Source of the DNA: the human T2T-CHM13v2.0 reference genome, Homo sapiens | NCBI RefSeq assembly: GCF_009914755.1 | Contig: NC_060947.1 | Reading direction: 5' to 3' (one strand) | DNA: 64,000 nucleotides | Shown here: positions 12,418-26,200 of the stretch, in pieces | How the letters are laid out: each line of letters opens with the position of its first letter | How positions within the stretch are numbered: the stretch's first letter is position 1 | The notes under the pieces: model-generated | The model's input: the letters and a program-made list of their open reading frames with translations, nothing else | The model's database searches: none | Told to the model about the DNA's origin: nothing | Translations under genes and position numbers: made by a program

Positions 12418-13240
12418 TTCATTCACTCAACAGATATTAACTGAGGGGCTACTGTGTGCCAGGCACTGTACTAGCTGCTGAGGTCATAGCAGCAAACAAG
12501 TCAGACATGAGCCCTGATTCAGGAAGCTTACCTTCTAGTAAGAAAAGACAAGTAGTAAATAAGCCACCATATAAACACATAATAAATCAAACAAATACCT
12601 GATATAATTTCAGAGAGTAATACATGCTCTGAAGAAAATAAAAGAAAACAGGGTGACAATCAGGATCCTACTTTCATGAGGGTAATCAGGGAGGCCTCCT
12701 GGAGGAGGTGACAGCCGCTGGAAAAAACCATATTACCACCTAGAGGAACAGCTGGTGCAAAGTCCTTGAGGTAGGAACAAACTGGAAGGGTTTAAGGAAA
12801 GAAGGCCAGAGTGGCTGGAACGTAGTGAGTAAGGAGAGTGGTAGGGAATGGGGCTGCAGGATAGGTGAGAGTCACATAATGGCGGCCATGGCAGAGTGTT
12901 TGGATTTTATTTTAAGTGCACTGGAAAACCATCGCAGGTTTTAAGCCCGGGGGGTGACATGTTCTGACTTATGCTTTAAAAAGTTCGATTTGGCTCTTGT
13001 GTCACAAATAGACTGAGGAGGCAAGGGTTGAAGCAGGGAGACCAGTTGGGAGGCTATCATAGTGGACCAGGCAAGAGATAACAGTGGCTAAGACTGAGGG
13101 GTAGTGATGGAGGTGATGAGAAATGGTCAAATTCTGGATATATTTTGAATATGAAGCTGAGAGGATTTTTCCAGTGGATTAGATGTGGGGGATAAGGGTA
13201 AGAGAGAAATCGGGAATGACTCCTTGAGCAAGGGGATGGA
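12418..13240 (-). mobile_element. L2
   Basis: Antisense L2 tail 'attcactcaacagatattaactgag...tgtgccaggcactg' and body 'gagaaatggtcaaattctggatatattttga'. Confidence 0.9.
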
Positions 13241-13299
13241 TGGAGACAGTGCCTCTCCCTTTCCACAAGCTCGTCTCACTGCCTATACACTTGCCCTGC

Positions 13300-14415
13300 T
13301 GCTATGCCTCCTTCTCCACATCACAGCCAGGCTGATATTTTGAAAATGCAAATCAGGTCATGTCACTCCCCTCATCTGTAGACTCGGTCTAATGGTTTCT
13401 TATCACACTTGGAATAAAACCAAAGTTCTTTCCATGGCCCACAACACCCTGCGTGCTCTGGTTCCTACCAACCTCTCCAAACTCATTTCCTGCCACTCTT
13501 CTGGTCACTGTCTGTGCAACACCCACTCTGGCCTCCTTGCTTTTTCTCAAACATGTCAAGAATAATCCTTTCTAAAGACCTTTGCACTTTCTGTTCCCTC
13601 TGCCTCTAACACCTTTCCCTGACCTTCCCATGTCTGGTTCCAGTGCTTCGGTTCTCTACCTGAACATCACCTCTTCCAAGAGGATTTCCCTGAGCGCCCT
13701 ATCAAAAGTAGCATACCCCATCATTTTCTATCTTCTTACCCTGTTTTCTTTTTCTCTCTAGCACTTATCACTACCTGACATTCTATATTATATAGTTATC
13801 CATTTATTGTCTATCTATCTTCTAACAGTATAATGTAATTTCCACGAGATCAAGGACTTTGCTTTGTTCCCCACTGTATCCCCAGCATCTATAACATTCC
13901 TGGTGCATAGTAGGAGTGGTGGGTTGAATGATGGCCCCTAAAAAGATACATCTGTGTCCTAACCGCAGGAACCTGTGAACATGACTTTTTTGGAAGAAGG
14001 ATTTTTGCAGATGTAATTAAGGATCTCAAGATGAAGTCATTGTGGATTATATAGGTGGCCTCTAAGTCAAATGATGAGTGTCCTTATAAAAGACATAGAG
14101 GAGAACCACAGGGAGAGAAGAGGAAAAGACCATGTGATGACCAATGCAGAGATCAGAGTGATGCAGCCACAAGCCAAGGAGTACCTGGAGCCAGCAGAAG
14201 TTGGAAGAGGCAAGGAAAGATTCTCCCCTAGAATCTTTGGAGGAGGCAAGGCCTTGCTGACACCTTGATTTGGGACTTCTGGCTTCCAGAACTATGAAAG
14301 AAAACATTTTCTGTAGTTTAGACCACACCAAGTTTGTGGTAGTTTGTAACAGCAGCCACAGGAAATGAATACACTAGGTGTGCAATATTGTCTAATGCAA
14401 GAATGAATGAATGAA
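13300..14415 (+). mobile_element. L2 3' region, split by MLT1C
   Basis: 'aaatcaggtcatgtcactcccct...cactgtatccccagca...tggtgcatagtagg' resumes after the LTR with a (gaat)n tail. Confidence 0.85.
13915..14373 (+). mobile_element. MaLR solo LTR (MLT1C-like)
   Basis: 'gtggtgggttgaatgatggcccc...tttgcagatgtaattaagg...agcagccacaggaaatgaataca'; near-TSD gtagg/ctagg. Confidence 0.9.
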
Positions 14416-14429
14416 GGCAAGAATGAGTT

Positions 14430-14660
14430 GGAGAAAGGGTAGGCTCAAGAATCAGGAGTTCGGTATTGTCTGAGATGCCTATAACATGTGCAAGAGGGAT
14501 GTCGAGTAGGCCGTGGATATATAAGACAGGAGTGGGCTGGAGAGGTCAAGTCTAGAGCTCCACATCTGGAAGCCATCAGCCACGGGGTTGGATGATATCA
14601 CCATTGGAGACAATATAGTGGAGAAGAGTGCTGAAAAGAACTCTGAGGAGCAAGCTACAT
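14430..14660 (-). mobile_element. L2 fragment
   Basis: 'aatcaggagttcgg...tgagatgcctataacatg...gagaggtc'. Confidence 0.6.
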
Positions 14661-14680
14661 TTACAGTGCTGCTCCTATTC

Positions 14681-14882
14681 AGCTGTGCTCTCAACATGAA
14701 GTTCTGCCACCCCACCTTACCCCTAGAGCAGACATTTGGCAATGTCTGAAGACATTTTTCGTTGTCACACAACTGAGCAAGCAGGCCAGGGATGCTGCTA
14801 CACATTCTACAGTGCAATGTGTGGTAATAATTTGTAATGATCTGGCTCAAAATGTCAATAGTGCTAAAGTTGAGAAACCCTG
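14681..14882. mobile_element. MER20 (hAT-Charlie MITE)
   Basis: 'gacatttggcaatgtctgaagacattttt...aaaatgtcaatagtgctaaagttgagaaaccctg'. Confidence 0.85.
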
Positions 14883-15369
14883 GTGTACAGAGACTAGCTT
14901 AAGTCTCCTAGATTCATGGAGTTTGTTTTTGAATCTGTTCTATACTGCACACATTTTGTTTCTCAACTCTTATTCATAAAAGAAGCAGTAAAAAGATCAA
15001 GAGGTAGAACTGTCCACCACTAGTTTATTGTGTGACCTTCAGAGATTCACTTCCTTTTTTGGAGTTTCTGGGTCCGTTTGGTGTTGGCGGGTGAAGGTGA
15101 GCAAGAGGGTGATTGAATTAGCTGCTCTCTGAGCTTAGAGTTTATGTCTCTGTTCTTTCCGCCATGGAGTGGTATATTCCCACTTGATCAAGCCACTGAG
15201 CAGAGTTTTCAGGCAAAGAGCAGAGTGCAAACTGCTTCCTAGGCAGAGACTGAATTTTGTAGGACAGCTCCAGTTTCAAACATGCTACCACCCTGAATCT
15301 TCAGAAGGACATGGGTACTCTTGTGTCCCAATATTGCAATTTGGACATTTTTCTCCTAACACTCACAGA

Positions 15370-15590
15370 GCACCAACTAAGAGCCAGGCACTGTTCTAAG
15401 CATCCCTTTGTTTAATTGTCACAACGACCCTAAGAAGTAGTATCATTATTATTCCCTTTTACAGATGAGGAAACTAAGGATCAGAGGTTAAGTGACCTGG
15501 CTAAAGTCATGCAGCCAGCGCATGACAGAGCTAAGACTAAGACCCAGGTATCCCTGATGCCAGAGCACACCATCATAGCTACTCTATCAC
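15370..15590 (-). mobile_element. MIR
   Basis: 'ttttacagatgaggaaactaagg...gaggttaagtgacctg'. Confidence 0.9.
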
Positions 15591-15722
15591 ACTGGCTGTC
15601 ACATCACATGCCAGCGTGCCCTGGAGCTGTTAAGCAGTGAATAGAGGGAAAAGAAGAGGGTCCTGCCTGAAATACTGGCCATTTCTTTGCCTTTGAAAGG
15701 GCTTCTGTATGAGCAAGTATTC

Positions 15723-15822
15723 CTAAACTAAACTGAACTAAACTAAACTGAACTAAACTAAACTAAACTAAACTAAACTAAACTAAACTAAACTAAACTA
15801 AACTAAACTAAACTAAACTAAA
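15723..15822. repeat. (AACTA)n pentanucleotide microsatellite, ~20 units
   Basis: ctaaa units with two ctgaa variants near the 5' end. Confidence 0.97.
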
Positions 15823-16869
15823 CAAAACACCTTCCTTCCCTGATCCCTTCGTCACTTGTGTGTAGCCTCTTGAGAACATTACCCAGCTAAGGGTTTGGAA
15901 AATCAGTTCTATATGTGGTGCATTCGCTGCAATTCTAGGCTTTTCATTTGGGTGCCTTAATTAAGGCCAATATTCAAGTGTCTGTGCACTGCACTTTTAA
16001 TTAGAGCAGGGCAGACATGGTAGTGCTGGGGCCATTTGAGAAGGCACTGTACTTTCTCAAGCATCCTGGCCATATCCTCTCTTCCTGAAGTCAGGAAGAA
16101 TGAAGCCTAATAGATAGAAAATTGCAAAGGACCCAAGTGCCCAGAGAACAACTGCTTCATTGTACAGGTGAGTCCAGTGAATTTCAAGGGGCTAAGACTT
16201 GACCAGAATCATACCGGCAGATTGGGGGCAGAATTGCAATCAGGCTCATGTGACCAGGCCAGGAAGATTCTGCATGACCAAGGTGCTCATCAGAGAAGGG
16301 GCCTCATCTGTCTTCTCAGGGCCTAAAATTGTAATAGCTGCTCTTTTGTTAGGGCATCGTGGTTTTCACAGGGCCCCTGGGAAACTGGAAATCATTTTAC
16401 CTACCCATATTAATTAGTGGCCCTTAACAGAGTTAAATGAATAAACTACAGTCCCCAAGCTGTCACATACTGTGTATGATGAGATTTAAATGAGTGGTAA
16501 ACACTTTGGTCGTTAAGAGGAGGGGGTCCTCCTGGGAAGTCATCACTAAGGAAATGAGGCTGCCTTGAAGGATAATGTGAGAGAAGTGGAGATGCTATTT
16601 CAAGCAGTGGGGGATAGACTGAGCTACAGTGTAGAAGTGAAATGGCATTATATACACAGTCACGACATGCACACACACACAGATACATACATGTGCACAT
16701 ACACATTCCTTAATTGAAGATAACAACTATTTATTAAAAAGCTATGCTGTGCCAGGTCCTAGAGATATAGCTATTTAGGAGTCTTTGTGCAAAGGAGCAC
16801 AAATTTTTAAAAAAGGTGAAATGGTAATGATGAGGATGAGGATGAAGAAGGTAAAGATGAAAAAGCATG

Positions 16870-16990
16870 AAAATAAATATAAGCCCCATGAAGGCAGAGA
16901 TCTTTTGCTTAATTCACTGATGACTCTTGAGTGCCAAGCACACTATCTGGCACATAGTAGAAACTGAAAAAAAAATTGATTGAAAAAACA
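16870..16990 (+). mobile_element. L2 3' end
   Basis: 'aagccccatgaaggcagaga...ctggcacatagtag'. Confidence 0.7.
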
Positions 16991-17770
16991 TGAAGGTATC
17001 ATCATCACCAACATCATTATGGTTGGAACTAGATGGTGCACCAAGACACCATGGAAAAATATTCTAATCCCAGTTTCAGACTCAGTTCCTTCTCCTTGTT
17101 GTGTATCAGTTTCCCAATTTGTGTGACAAGATGCTTTTTCTCCAGCTTTTTGTTTTAAAATGATGTTGTGTCCTCATATTGAGTCACATCAGAAGACACA
17201 TTATGTAATTTTGCTCCATTGTAGGCTTATTTATTATTGTTGTTAGGGTTGTAATTTCAAAGGGGAAAAAGATAGTTTTATAGTGGAAAAATTGAGCCGA
17301 TACCACCATAACCAAGAAATCAAACTAACGTAGACTTGCACCCTATAGTTTCAGCATACGTTGATGATCATTGTCTAAATCCATTATTAAGATGATGGTT
17401 GCGAAATGGTGATATTTTAATTCTATGATTCCTTCTGTATTTATGCCTTGGCATTCTTCTGGGCAAAGTAATTTTTAAGGCCCTTTCTGACTCAGATGTT
17501 CTGTGCTTCTATAATTAAACCGGATTTAGTTTGTCTGGTAGCAGGAACTTTGAAGAATAGGAACTTTGACAAATTATGCTCTTCACAGGGCAGCTGGATG
17601 GGGCAAGGAGCCCTGGCTTCTGCTCCAGCCAGGGAGACAAGCAAGCTTAGGTGTGTTCTGAGGGGCTCAAGGGGAAAGGAAGGGTCCTTTGGCCAAATGA
17701 CTCCTTCTCTTTTCTTCACAGTTATTGGATCCTGGTCTTGCCATGGGTGTCTCAAGTACCTCTCTATCTG

Positions 17771-18074
17771 CTTTTTTTTTTTCTTTTTTGACATGGAGTC
17801 TCGCTCTGTCACCCTGGCTGGAGTGCAGTGGCACGATCTCGGCTCACTGCAACCTCCCTCCGCCTCCTGAGTTCAAGTGATTCTCCTGTCTCAGCCTCCT
17901 TAGTAGATGTAATTACAGGTGCCCACCACCACGCCCAGCTAATTTTTGTATTTTTAGTGGAGATGAGGTTTCACCATTTTGGCCAGGGTGGTCTCAAACT
18001 CCTGAATTCAGGTGATCTGCCCCCCTCGGCCTCCCAAAGTGCTGAGATTACAGGCATGAGCCACCATGCCCGGC
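17771..18074 (-). mobile_element. Alu (AluS)
   Basis: Antisense full dimer; TSD ctctatctgct. Confidence 0.97.
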
Positions 18075-21012
18075 CTCTATCTGCTCTTGACTAGAGGATG
18101 TCAGCTAATCAGATGGCCTAGGAGAAGTGCCCCTTAAAAGCCAAACTCAGTAAGTGGAGATAAAGTAAAAGAGCATATGGACTCTTCAACTGTGAAACCA
18201 AGATGTCATTTCATCCCTGTTCACTTTATAAGTGGTAGAGACAAGCCCAGGAAATATGTGCAATATTATTTTGTGTGTGATTTATTTGTTCAATTTCAAT
18301 ACTTTCTTCATCCTTCCCTCCATCTCCAGAATTTTCTGTGAAGTCTCAGTACACAAAGAAAAATCAAGAAGTAGATAGCTTTAAAGTTTTCATTTTCTCC
18401 TGTGATTGAAGCTGCAATTGATTGATTTGGGGTGTGTGGGTTGAGCAATAAAATGAGATTTGGCTTAATCTAGTGGGCCTTGGAATCATCTCAGGCTTTC
18501 CACGGCCATTTCTGCCTCCATCTACAGAGATCCTAGAGATGTCAGTTAGGGTATCTTTTCTCTGTTATTGTGGGCCTACTTATCTCCAACATAAACAACA
18601 AAAATAGAGAGGTGAATTCCACAAACTGGTTCAGATGGCCCTACTCAGTGAAGACTAGAAGAGACTCTGGTCTGCTCTCACTGTGTGATGGCACAAAGAT
18701 CTGAGTGTCACAAATCTTTTCCATCATAGATTGCCAGGGGTTTGCAAACAGTGGCCTTGAACCATTTATCTTTCTCTGCTTCCCATCACAGGCTAATTCG
18801 GCCCAGATTGAAAACAGATGATGGGGATGGCTTTTGGTAAAGTCAGGGATGTGGTTCTTCCAGAGTGTTGTCCCTGACACTGAGCCCAAACATGGAGTGT
18901 CTATGTGGCTTGAAAAATACTGTGAAACCATCCACACTAGCATTGTGACAAGAGACTTGGAATGATGTACACTTCCATGAAAGGCTGTCTGCTTCCGGAG
19001 CTGCCACAAAGTCAATACTGGCTCTGTGCCCAACCTCACTTTGTGCCAACATCAGTCTGTGTGGGTACCATGCATAAGGCCTGAAAATTGAGCTGGGCAT
19101 CTGCAATCATGTTAGACTAGGTCTGAAAGAAAAAGTTAAATTGGCATGTCCACTACAGGCAAGGTATCAGAAGTCCCTTGCACATTCTCTAGCTAGACTG
19201 GTCTGGCTTGGAACGCCCAGTCAGAAAGAGAGGGGGTGATCTTTTGTGGTCCTAATGGGAAGCTGGCCACATCAAGTGATGATCAATCTGGGACTACATT
19301 TTGGGAGGAGGGGTGAAATGGGAGAAGGAGACTGAGAATGGGACTCTTCTACAGGATGTGAAAGAGATTGGTAGGCTTACCAAAGTCTCAATCAAATTCC
19401 AAAGGAAGGGAGCCCACCTGGTGCTAAAAATTTCTCCATATAACCCTCAATAGAAAAACTACCTTTTGCATAGTTCAGCCTCTCCCCCAACTATATGAAG
19501 GCAAATGAATGTCCTTCTAAAACTCCTAGTAGAAACTCAGGAATTGGCATCATTCAGGAAGGAAGAGAGTTCTAGGGATTGAATCTTACCATCTCCTCAA
19601 TATCCTGAATGTTACTGAGTGCTCTGCCACTAAAAAAAAAAAAAAAAACACTCTAGGTTTTTATTTAGTGTCTTTTCATTTACATTTCTGCTGCCCACAA
19701 ACTGAAAATCTCAGTATTTTCATACTTACATCCTCGAAAGACAGGTCATCTGTCCTAGCTACTTCCCATTGTCCTACTAAGTACAGTTTTTTTTCTTGCT
19801 AGGCCACTTCATACAAAAGTCATCCATCAGCTTGGGTCAGGTACTCATCCATAATCTAAGAAGTTACCACTTCATTCTCAAGTAATAATTTAGGGCTATT
19901 TTCTTCAGCAAGGGACTGTGCAGTTTCCCTTAGAAGGAAATGGTAGAAATGGTAGTCTCCATGATTGACATGACTGGTCTAGGATTTCTGCCAGCATAAT
20001 GGCTGGAGGGGGGAGATAATTAGAGCCTTATTGGACAGCCCTTGCATTAAAATGTGGACATGGTCATCTATTTCAGCTACGCCTAAAGCTGGCCCTAGGC
20101 ATATCCCTCAAATCCCATAAAGTGTACACAAGGTTATCCCTGACTTGGACTATGCAGAAGAAAGACAGTCTTATCCCGATTTTCTCTATTCATGGCAAAA
20201 GGTGGTAAAGGAGAATAAATGGCTTTTCCCTGTCTTGGGAGACTGACTAGCTGCTCCAGAGGGCCTCAGCAGAGCAGCTGTCAGTCTCTACAGAGGAGTA
20301 GCTTTAGCCCTGCTGAGTGAGTGGCTGTGTGTCATGTTCCCTTCCTGAGGAACATGCTCCAACTTGTGTCCCCTGCTATATTTGAGTTGTTGAAAGTGGA
20401 TCAAACAGGAACTAGACATCTGCAGCATTAGGTAGCAACACAAGATCATAACTTTTACTGGGCTGAGGCTTGCAGTGAAACAAGAGCTGAGCCTAGCACC
20501 AGATACATAGGAATCCCTTCTCAAATTCCTCATCCCAATGCCGCAGTTCTACTGCTTAGGTTAGCTCCAAAAATAGTGCCCACACTGGGTCACAGTCTGT
20601 TGAATAAGGGGAGGTAAAACATGGAAATATATGGAATACAGCAGGCTGGACAAAATGGCGTCCCTTTTTTTTTTTTTTTTTTTTTTTTTGGTTAGTACTT
20701 AGGAAATAGTGCTCACTTCATGTGAATGGAAAAAATGGTAACCAGAATCTAATGCCTCATGGAAGAACAGGTTAAGAGCTCCTCAGAGAAGCTCAAGCTT
20801 GGGTTTAAAAGCCAATTTTCTAAGAAACGCAAGGCTTAAAAGGCTATTCAAGTCGGGGACTCTATGTACATCTTCTTTAAAAAGGAAAATTCAATATTTT
20901 GTGCATTTGCTCTTGTCGGGGAGCAGGAACTAGGCAACAATAGCTTTTTCACACCCTAAAAGCTTGTGTTCCCTTATTGGGGCTTGTGTAACTGATATTT
21001 TTTCTTGTCCAG

Positions 21013-21225
21013 TATCTAAGGAGTCATTTTGAGACAGACATCTGCTCAGCAATCCGAAAGCCCCAGACAGAAGACAGAGACATTCATTTTCGTTTACTCA
21101 CAGTGCAGAGGCCAGGGAGGATTGATTTTGTGGCACTGTTCCATCCTGGCCTGGATTGCAACTGATCTGGGGAGAACAATCTAGGATGACACTTAGGCAC
21201 TATCCACACAGCCTTGGATTATCAA
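21013..21225 (+). ncRNA. Candidate 213-nt exon (probably non-coding)
   Basis: Acceptor ttttttcttgtccag| and donor CAA|gtgagt in unique sequence. Confidence 0.25.
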
Positions 21226-21324
21226 GTGAGTCCGAAAAGCCAATGAAGGAATACTTTAGAACCTGACACACACGTAAGCCAAGAAGTCCTTAATCGGATG
21301 TCGGCTATTGATGGAGTCACCTTG

Positions 21325-21510
21325 TGGTGGGGTGGAAGAGTACTCATCCAGGAATCAGGAAATCTGGGTTCTAGCCCATAACTAAGTCACTGCATGACTT
21401 TAAGAAAATCCGTCTCCTTCTCTAGGCCTCTCTGTTCCCCATCCATGCAACTAAGTGTGAGAAGAGATGCGTTTGGAATTCTCTTTCAGTTCTGTCATTC
21501 TATGGTTTGA
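21325..21510 (+). mobile_element. MIR (old)
   Basis: 'ggaatcaggaaatctgggttctagccc...ctaggcctctctgttccccatc'. Confidence 0.7.
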
Positions 21511-22497
21511 AGATGGGAAAGTTGGTGATCAAGAGTATCTCTTGCAGGGTATAATGACAAACCCAGGGTATACTAAAGAGGGCAGAATTGCTGGTTTGAC
21601 TCTTCTGTGGGATAGTTTCATGAAAAGTAAATAAACAAAGAAAATATGTTTCCCTGGCTAGAAACCCTCCTTCATCTCAGCTAGCCATCTTGTTTGGTAC
21701 GGGCAATACTAGGTGAGAGAGTGTGACGTGCTCAGTCTGAGTCTTGTCCACCAATGGAAAAACCCCTTGAAACCCAGTCCTGCTTAGGGTAGGTCAGCAG
21801 TGATTAGCTTTGTTAAGGCAGGACAGCACTTATGTTATTGTAACTTTTTAAAGATCCTCCTTCAACCTCTTGTGAATCATAGCAGAAGGCAATGGGTCTT
21901 AGTTTAAGCCTCTGCATTGGCCACCTGTACAGACTGCCATGTGTTCAGGGCCAGCGCTGAGGCTTGATAAATTTGGGAAGAAGCCCAGGCTTCTCTTGGT
22001 TGCTCCCTTCTAGAGCCCCAATTTCTGCTTGTCTCTTGTCCTGTTTCTTCTTCCAATATGACAAAGAATCATGGTTCTTAGCCTTCATCTTGGAAACCAA
22101 TGGGATGAATTAATCCCGACACAGAATTGGGTGGTAATGCAAGAAGAGATGATAGTCTACTCTTTCAAGAGACTTGCAATCTAACAAGGGGTAAATGCAA
22201 ATCATAAAGCTTCTCATTGCCCCTCAAATCCTGTGCCACTCTTAAGATCAATGTTTTAGTGGAAAGATATTATGAAAGGGATATTAGCATCATGGCTCTG
22301 TCACAGATCAGTCATGGCAGGGCTAGATAGAATCAAAGTGCAAATTCAAAATCATTGGAAATGCCCAAGAAAAAAATGTGTGTTACAATTTCTTAATTCA
22401 AAAGCATCTAAAGAGTAACTGTAAACTTCCTGCCAAAACAAAACTCTCCCCTTGCCCATGTTAAGGGTAGAAAACATCTTTCTAGTTTCCTTTAGGC

Positions 22498-22722
22498 CAA
22501 GCTTGTCCAACTCACAGTTCGTGGGCCACATGTGGCCCAGGATGGCTTTGAATGGGGCCCAACACAATTTGTAAACTTTTTTAAAACCTTACGAGTTTTT
22601 GTGTGTGTGATTTTTTTTAAGCTCATCAGCTATCATTAGCGTTAGTGTATTTTATATGTGGCTCAAGACAATTTTTCCTCTTTCAATGTGGCCCAGGGAA
22701 GCCAAAAGATTGGACACCCCTG
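22498..22722. mobile_element. MER30 (hAT-Charlie MITE), complete
   Basis: Termini caagcttgtccaa...ttggacacccctg; perfect 8-bp TSD ctttaggc (22490-22497 and 22723-22730). Confidence 0.95.
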
Positions 22723-22892
22723 CTTTAGGCCATCAGTGGAGTCTGCCTTAGGGGGCAGATGTAAGGGCCTCTAGGAACTTCACTGCTCAAAAAAATGATG
22801 TGAGAGTCTGCTGGTTGCTAGGGTTGATCTGGGTGCTTTTGGCTAGCTAGGTTATACCCCTGTCTTTCCTATCACTTTATGATGAAGGTTGA

Positions 22893-23027
22893 TGTGGTGG
22901 AAAGAGTGCCAGACTCGGGTTTGTGCCTTAGTGGAATCTACTTAACCTCTTTAAACGTCACTTTTCTAATCTGTACAATGAAGGGAATAATAGTACTTAC
23001 CTCATAAGTTTGTTTTAGGACTGAGAT

Positions 23028-23068
<41 letters not shown>

Positions 23069-23120
23069 CACCTAGCACAACGTCTGACACATTGTCAATT
23101 CTCAATACACAATCGTTATT
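22893..23120 (+). mobile_element. MIR with internal (TA)n at ~23031-23067
   Basis: 'ctacttaacctct...atctgtacaatgaagggaataatagtacttacctca' plus TA run. Confidence 0.85.
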
Positions 23121-24049
23121 ATGAGTCTTAGTGACGCCTCACAGTGGGGACCTGGAGCTGTGCTAGCTCTGGGAACTTAGAGCCTGTAGACTATCAAAAG
23201 TGCTGTGAGAAGAGAGAAGACAGGAAGAATGGTGGAAGGGCTAAAAGAGAAACTTCACAAGTTTTCCTGATGACCGGCTCAGACTCCAAGAAAGAATTAA
23301 AAGAAAAGGCTCCCACAGTCCTTCTCTCTGTAAAAATGTCCAGAACCTCTGTGAAACCTGCTGTTTTCGCCAATTCAGACAGTTTATTGTAGTTTGACTC
23401 ATAGAAATCAGAGATGAATTTTTTGGGTTAGCAAGTCCAAGAGTTTTGTCAGTTATGCTTAAGGAGGTATAGCCTTTCATTCACTGAGCAAGTATGTAAC
23501 AGACAACAGAGCAAATATTGTCCACTCTCCCGTTCTCACTTTGTCAAATTATGTGGTATTACATGATGTCCTGATATGAATCATTCAGGCAGCTGCCATC
23601 CTGCATTAATTGCAGAAGAGCTGGATTCCATACAAGGTGTTCCCAAAGGTTCATTACTAAATACTCATCCAGCAGTTCTTTGAAAGGTTGTATTGGGTGA
23701 CAAGGACACTAAATCCTTCTATGCATTAAAGCTCCAAGAAAAGACAACTGGAAATTACACCATGGTTTTTCTCTTTTTTCTTTCCAGAAGAGAAAATTTA
23801 TAATTACTCACTTGGGCCAATCCCCACCCTTTCCTTGATGTTTTCTGGCTTTTAAGGCATTTAAATGCTTGTTCTCTTGCGTTCAAAGTCTTACACCACA
23901 ATTTCTTTATGAAAACAATATGTCTTTCAAATTAATGCTAAACAAAAATGAATATGTCACTAGAACACCATCCTTGTGTAAAGTATCCATATTTAAAATG
24001 AGAGTTTAACGGCCTCTTTCCTGTAACCCAAGGGCCAATCTCATATTTC

Positions 24050-24760
24050 AAGCTGCTTGGAAACTACCTTTACTTGGATGTTTCTTTACCACCTCCAACT
24101 CTTTATGTCCAAAACCAAATGTTTCACCTTTGCCCCACATTATTTCTTCTTCCTTTGTTTTTCATTTCAGTTAAGGGCACTACTATGACTCTATCGTCCA
24201 GGCTTAAGAATCTTGAATCTGTCCTTTCATGAATGACTAAGTTCTGGCTGTTCTGCCTTTGACTTGCCTTTGAATGAGTCACTGATTTACCTTTGCCTCT
24301 TTATTCTTATTCCCACCATCCCAGTTCTGGTCCCTGTCATACCATGGCTGGATTCCTAGAAGAGCCCACTCACTGGTCTGGTTTCATTATATGCATCCTG
24401 TTGGTCACTGCTAGATTAACCTTTCTACAAGCCTGCTTTCACCATGTCACGCCTGTGCTCAAAATTCTACAAGGGCTGCCTATTGTTTACTATATCAAGT
24501 CCAAATTAATGTATTGTTCGAGAGGCTTCTATTACTTCAAAACATAACTGCTCCAGTTAGGGTTCCATTTTCACTATCTCCATACAAACCAGAAACCAAA
24601 TTCATTTTTGCTGATAGAGTTTTGTGTTCATGCCCGTTTTCATCTCCTCTGACTTACAAATCCTTCCATCTTTAAGGGCCTTCATCAAGTCCTACTTCCT
24701 CCATCAAGCCCTCCCCAACTTCTCTAGCACCCACGGGTGTCTCCTGTGTCTGTTGCCGAC
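24050..24760 (+). mobile_element. L2 (old)
   Basis: 'acttggatgtttc...atgtccaaaacc', 'catgtcacgcctgtgctcaaaa', 'cttcctccatcaagccctcccc'. Confidence 0.65.
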
Positions 24761-24804
24761 ACCGTGATATTTGAGCAATGAATCAGATGATATAAATTTG
24801 AAAA

Positions 24805-24930
24805 TACTGACAGAGTTGGGAGACCTGGATATCAGTACTGGCCCTGCCACTGACTCAATGTGTGATGTTGGGCAAGTCCCTGCCCTTCTCTGAGCCTTGG
24901 TGCCCTCCTAAGTAAAATGAGGGAGTCAAA
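24805..24930 (+). mobile_element. MIR
   Basis: 'ggagacctgg...ctgccactgactcaatgtgtgatgttgggcaagtc'. Confidence 0.85.
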
Positions 24931-25044
24931 CTACAATCATTTCTCAAACACCAGTCACTTGCACAGCACTTTCCTGATTGCCATATCTGCAGTCCGTCTC
25001 TACTTTTACCAACTTTAAACTTCTCTATCTTGCTTTTTAAAGTA

Positions 25045-25390
25045 CATTTTATTGTGGTAAAATATACATAACATAAAATTTACCATTTTAAACATTTTAA
25101 GTGTACAATTCAGTGGCATTTGGTACATCACAATGTTGTGCAACCATCACCACCATCTATCTCCAGAACTCTTTTTATTTTCCCCAACTGAAACTCTGTC
25201 TTCATAAACACTAACTCCCCATTTCTCCCTCCCTGCAGCCCCTGACAACCACCACTCTACTGTCTCTATAAATTTGACTACTCTAGGTATCTCATATGAG
25301 TGAGATCCTTCAGTATTTTGTGTCTGGTATATTTCACTTAGCATAATGTCCTCAAGGTTCATCCATGTTGTAGCATGTGTCAGAATTAAA
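25045..25390 (-). mobile_element. L1MB 3' end, apparently inside a hAT/Charlie-like remnant (~24935-25550)
   Basis: 'ttttattgtggtaaaatatacataacataaaatttaccat...ttcacttagcataatgtcctcaaggttcatccatg'. Confidence 0.9.
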
Positions 25391-25592
25391 TACACTTTTA
25401 ATGAAAGAAAAGTATCATATCTGGGAAATCATAGTTTTGTGGAATGGTTATGGTCTTTCTAATACACACTAAAATAAACATATAATTAAAATATGAAGTT
25501 TGTGTGTTCCCAGTCCCAAGAGTACTGTGCCTCCCACTCTTCCAGAAACACCTGACTTGTTCACATATATGAGAAGATATGGATCACTGGGG

Positions 25593-25763
25593 CAGTGGTT
25601 TTCAAACATGGCTGATTATTAGAATCCCTCAGGTGGCTTTGAGAAAATACCAAGACAATATCCCAGACCTGCTGAGTCAGAATCTCTGGGGATGACCTGG
25701 AAGTCTCTGTGTTAACAAGCTCCTGAGGTATTTTTGGTGATCAACCAGGTTTGGAAGTCACTG
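25593..25763. mobile_element. MER5A-like
   Basis: cagtggttttcaaac...tttggaagtcactg termini. Confidence 0.8.
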
Positions 25764-25861
25764 TTCCATGGCTGACTTGAAGACAGGGCTCCAGGTCTAC
25801 ACCTTTTTTATATTTCCAATAGTGCAGGGCACAGAGGTCACACTCAAAAATATCATATTGA

Positions 25862-26200
<339 letters not shown>

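Noticed and set aside
15723-15822. Regular short repeats as a possible CRISPR-like or telomeric array
   Set aside because: No spacers and not TTAGGG; a simple microsatellite in a primate genome
15954-15967. 14-bp palindrome gccttaattaaggc
   Set aside because: Several are expected by chance in a window of this size
23144-23392. 82-aa charged ORF after a cacag acceptor-like site
   Set aside because: Poor polypyrimidine tract, no donor and no homology that I recognise
25045-25390. Similarity to 49655-50000 suggesting a segmental duplication
   Set aside because: Both are independent L1MB 3' ends and their flanks are unrelated
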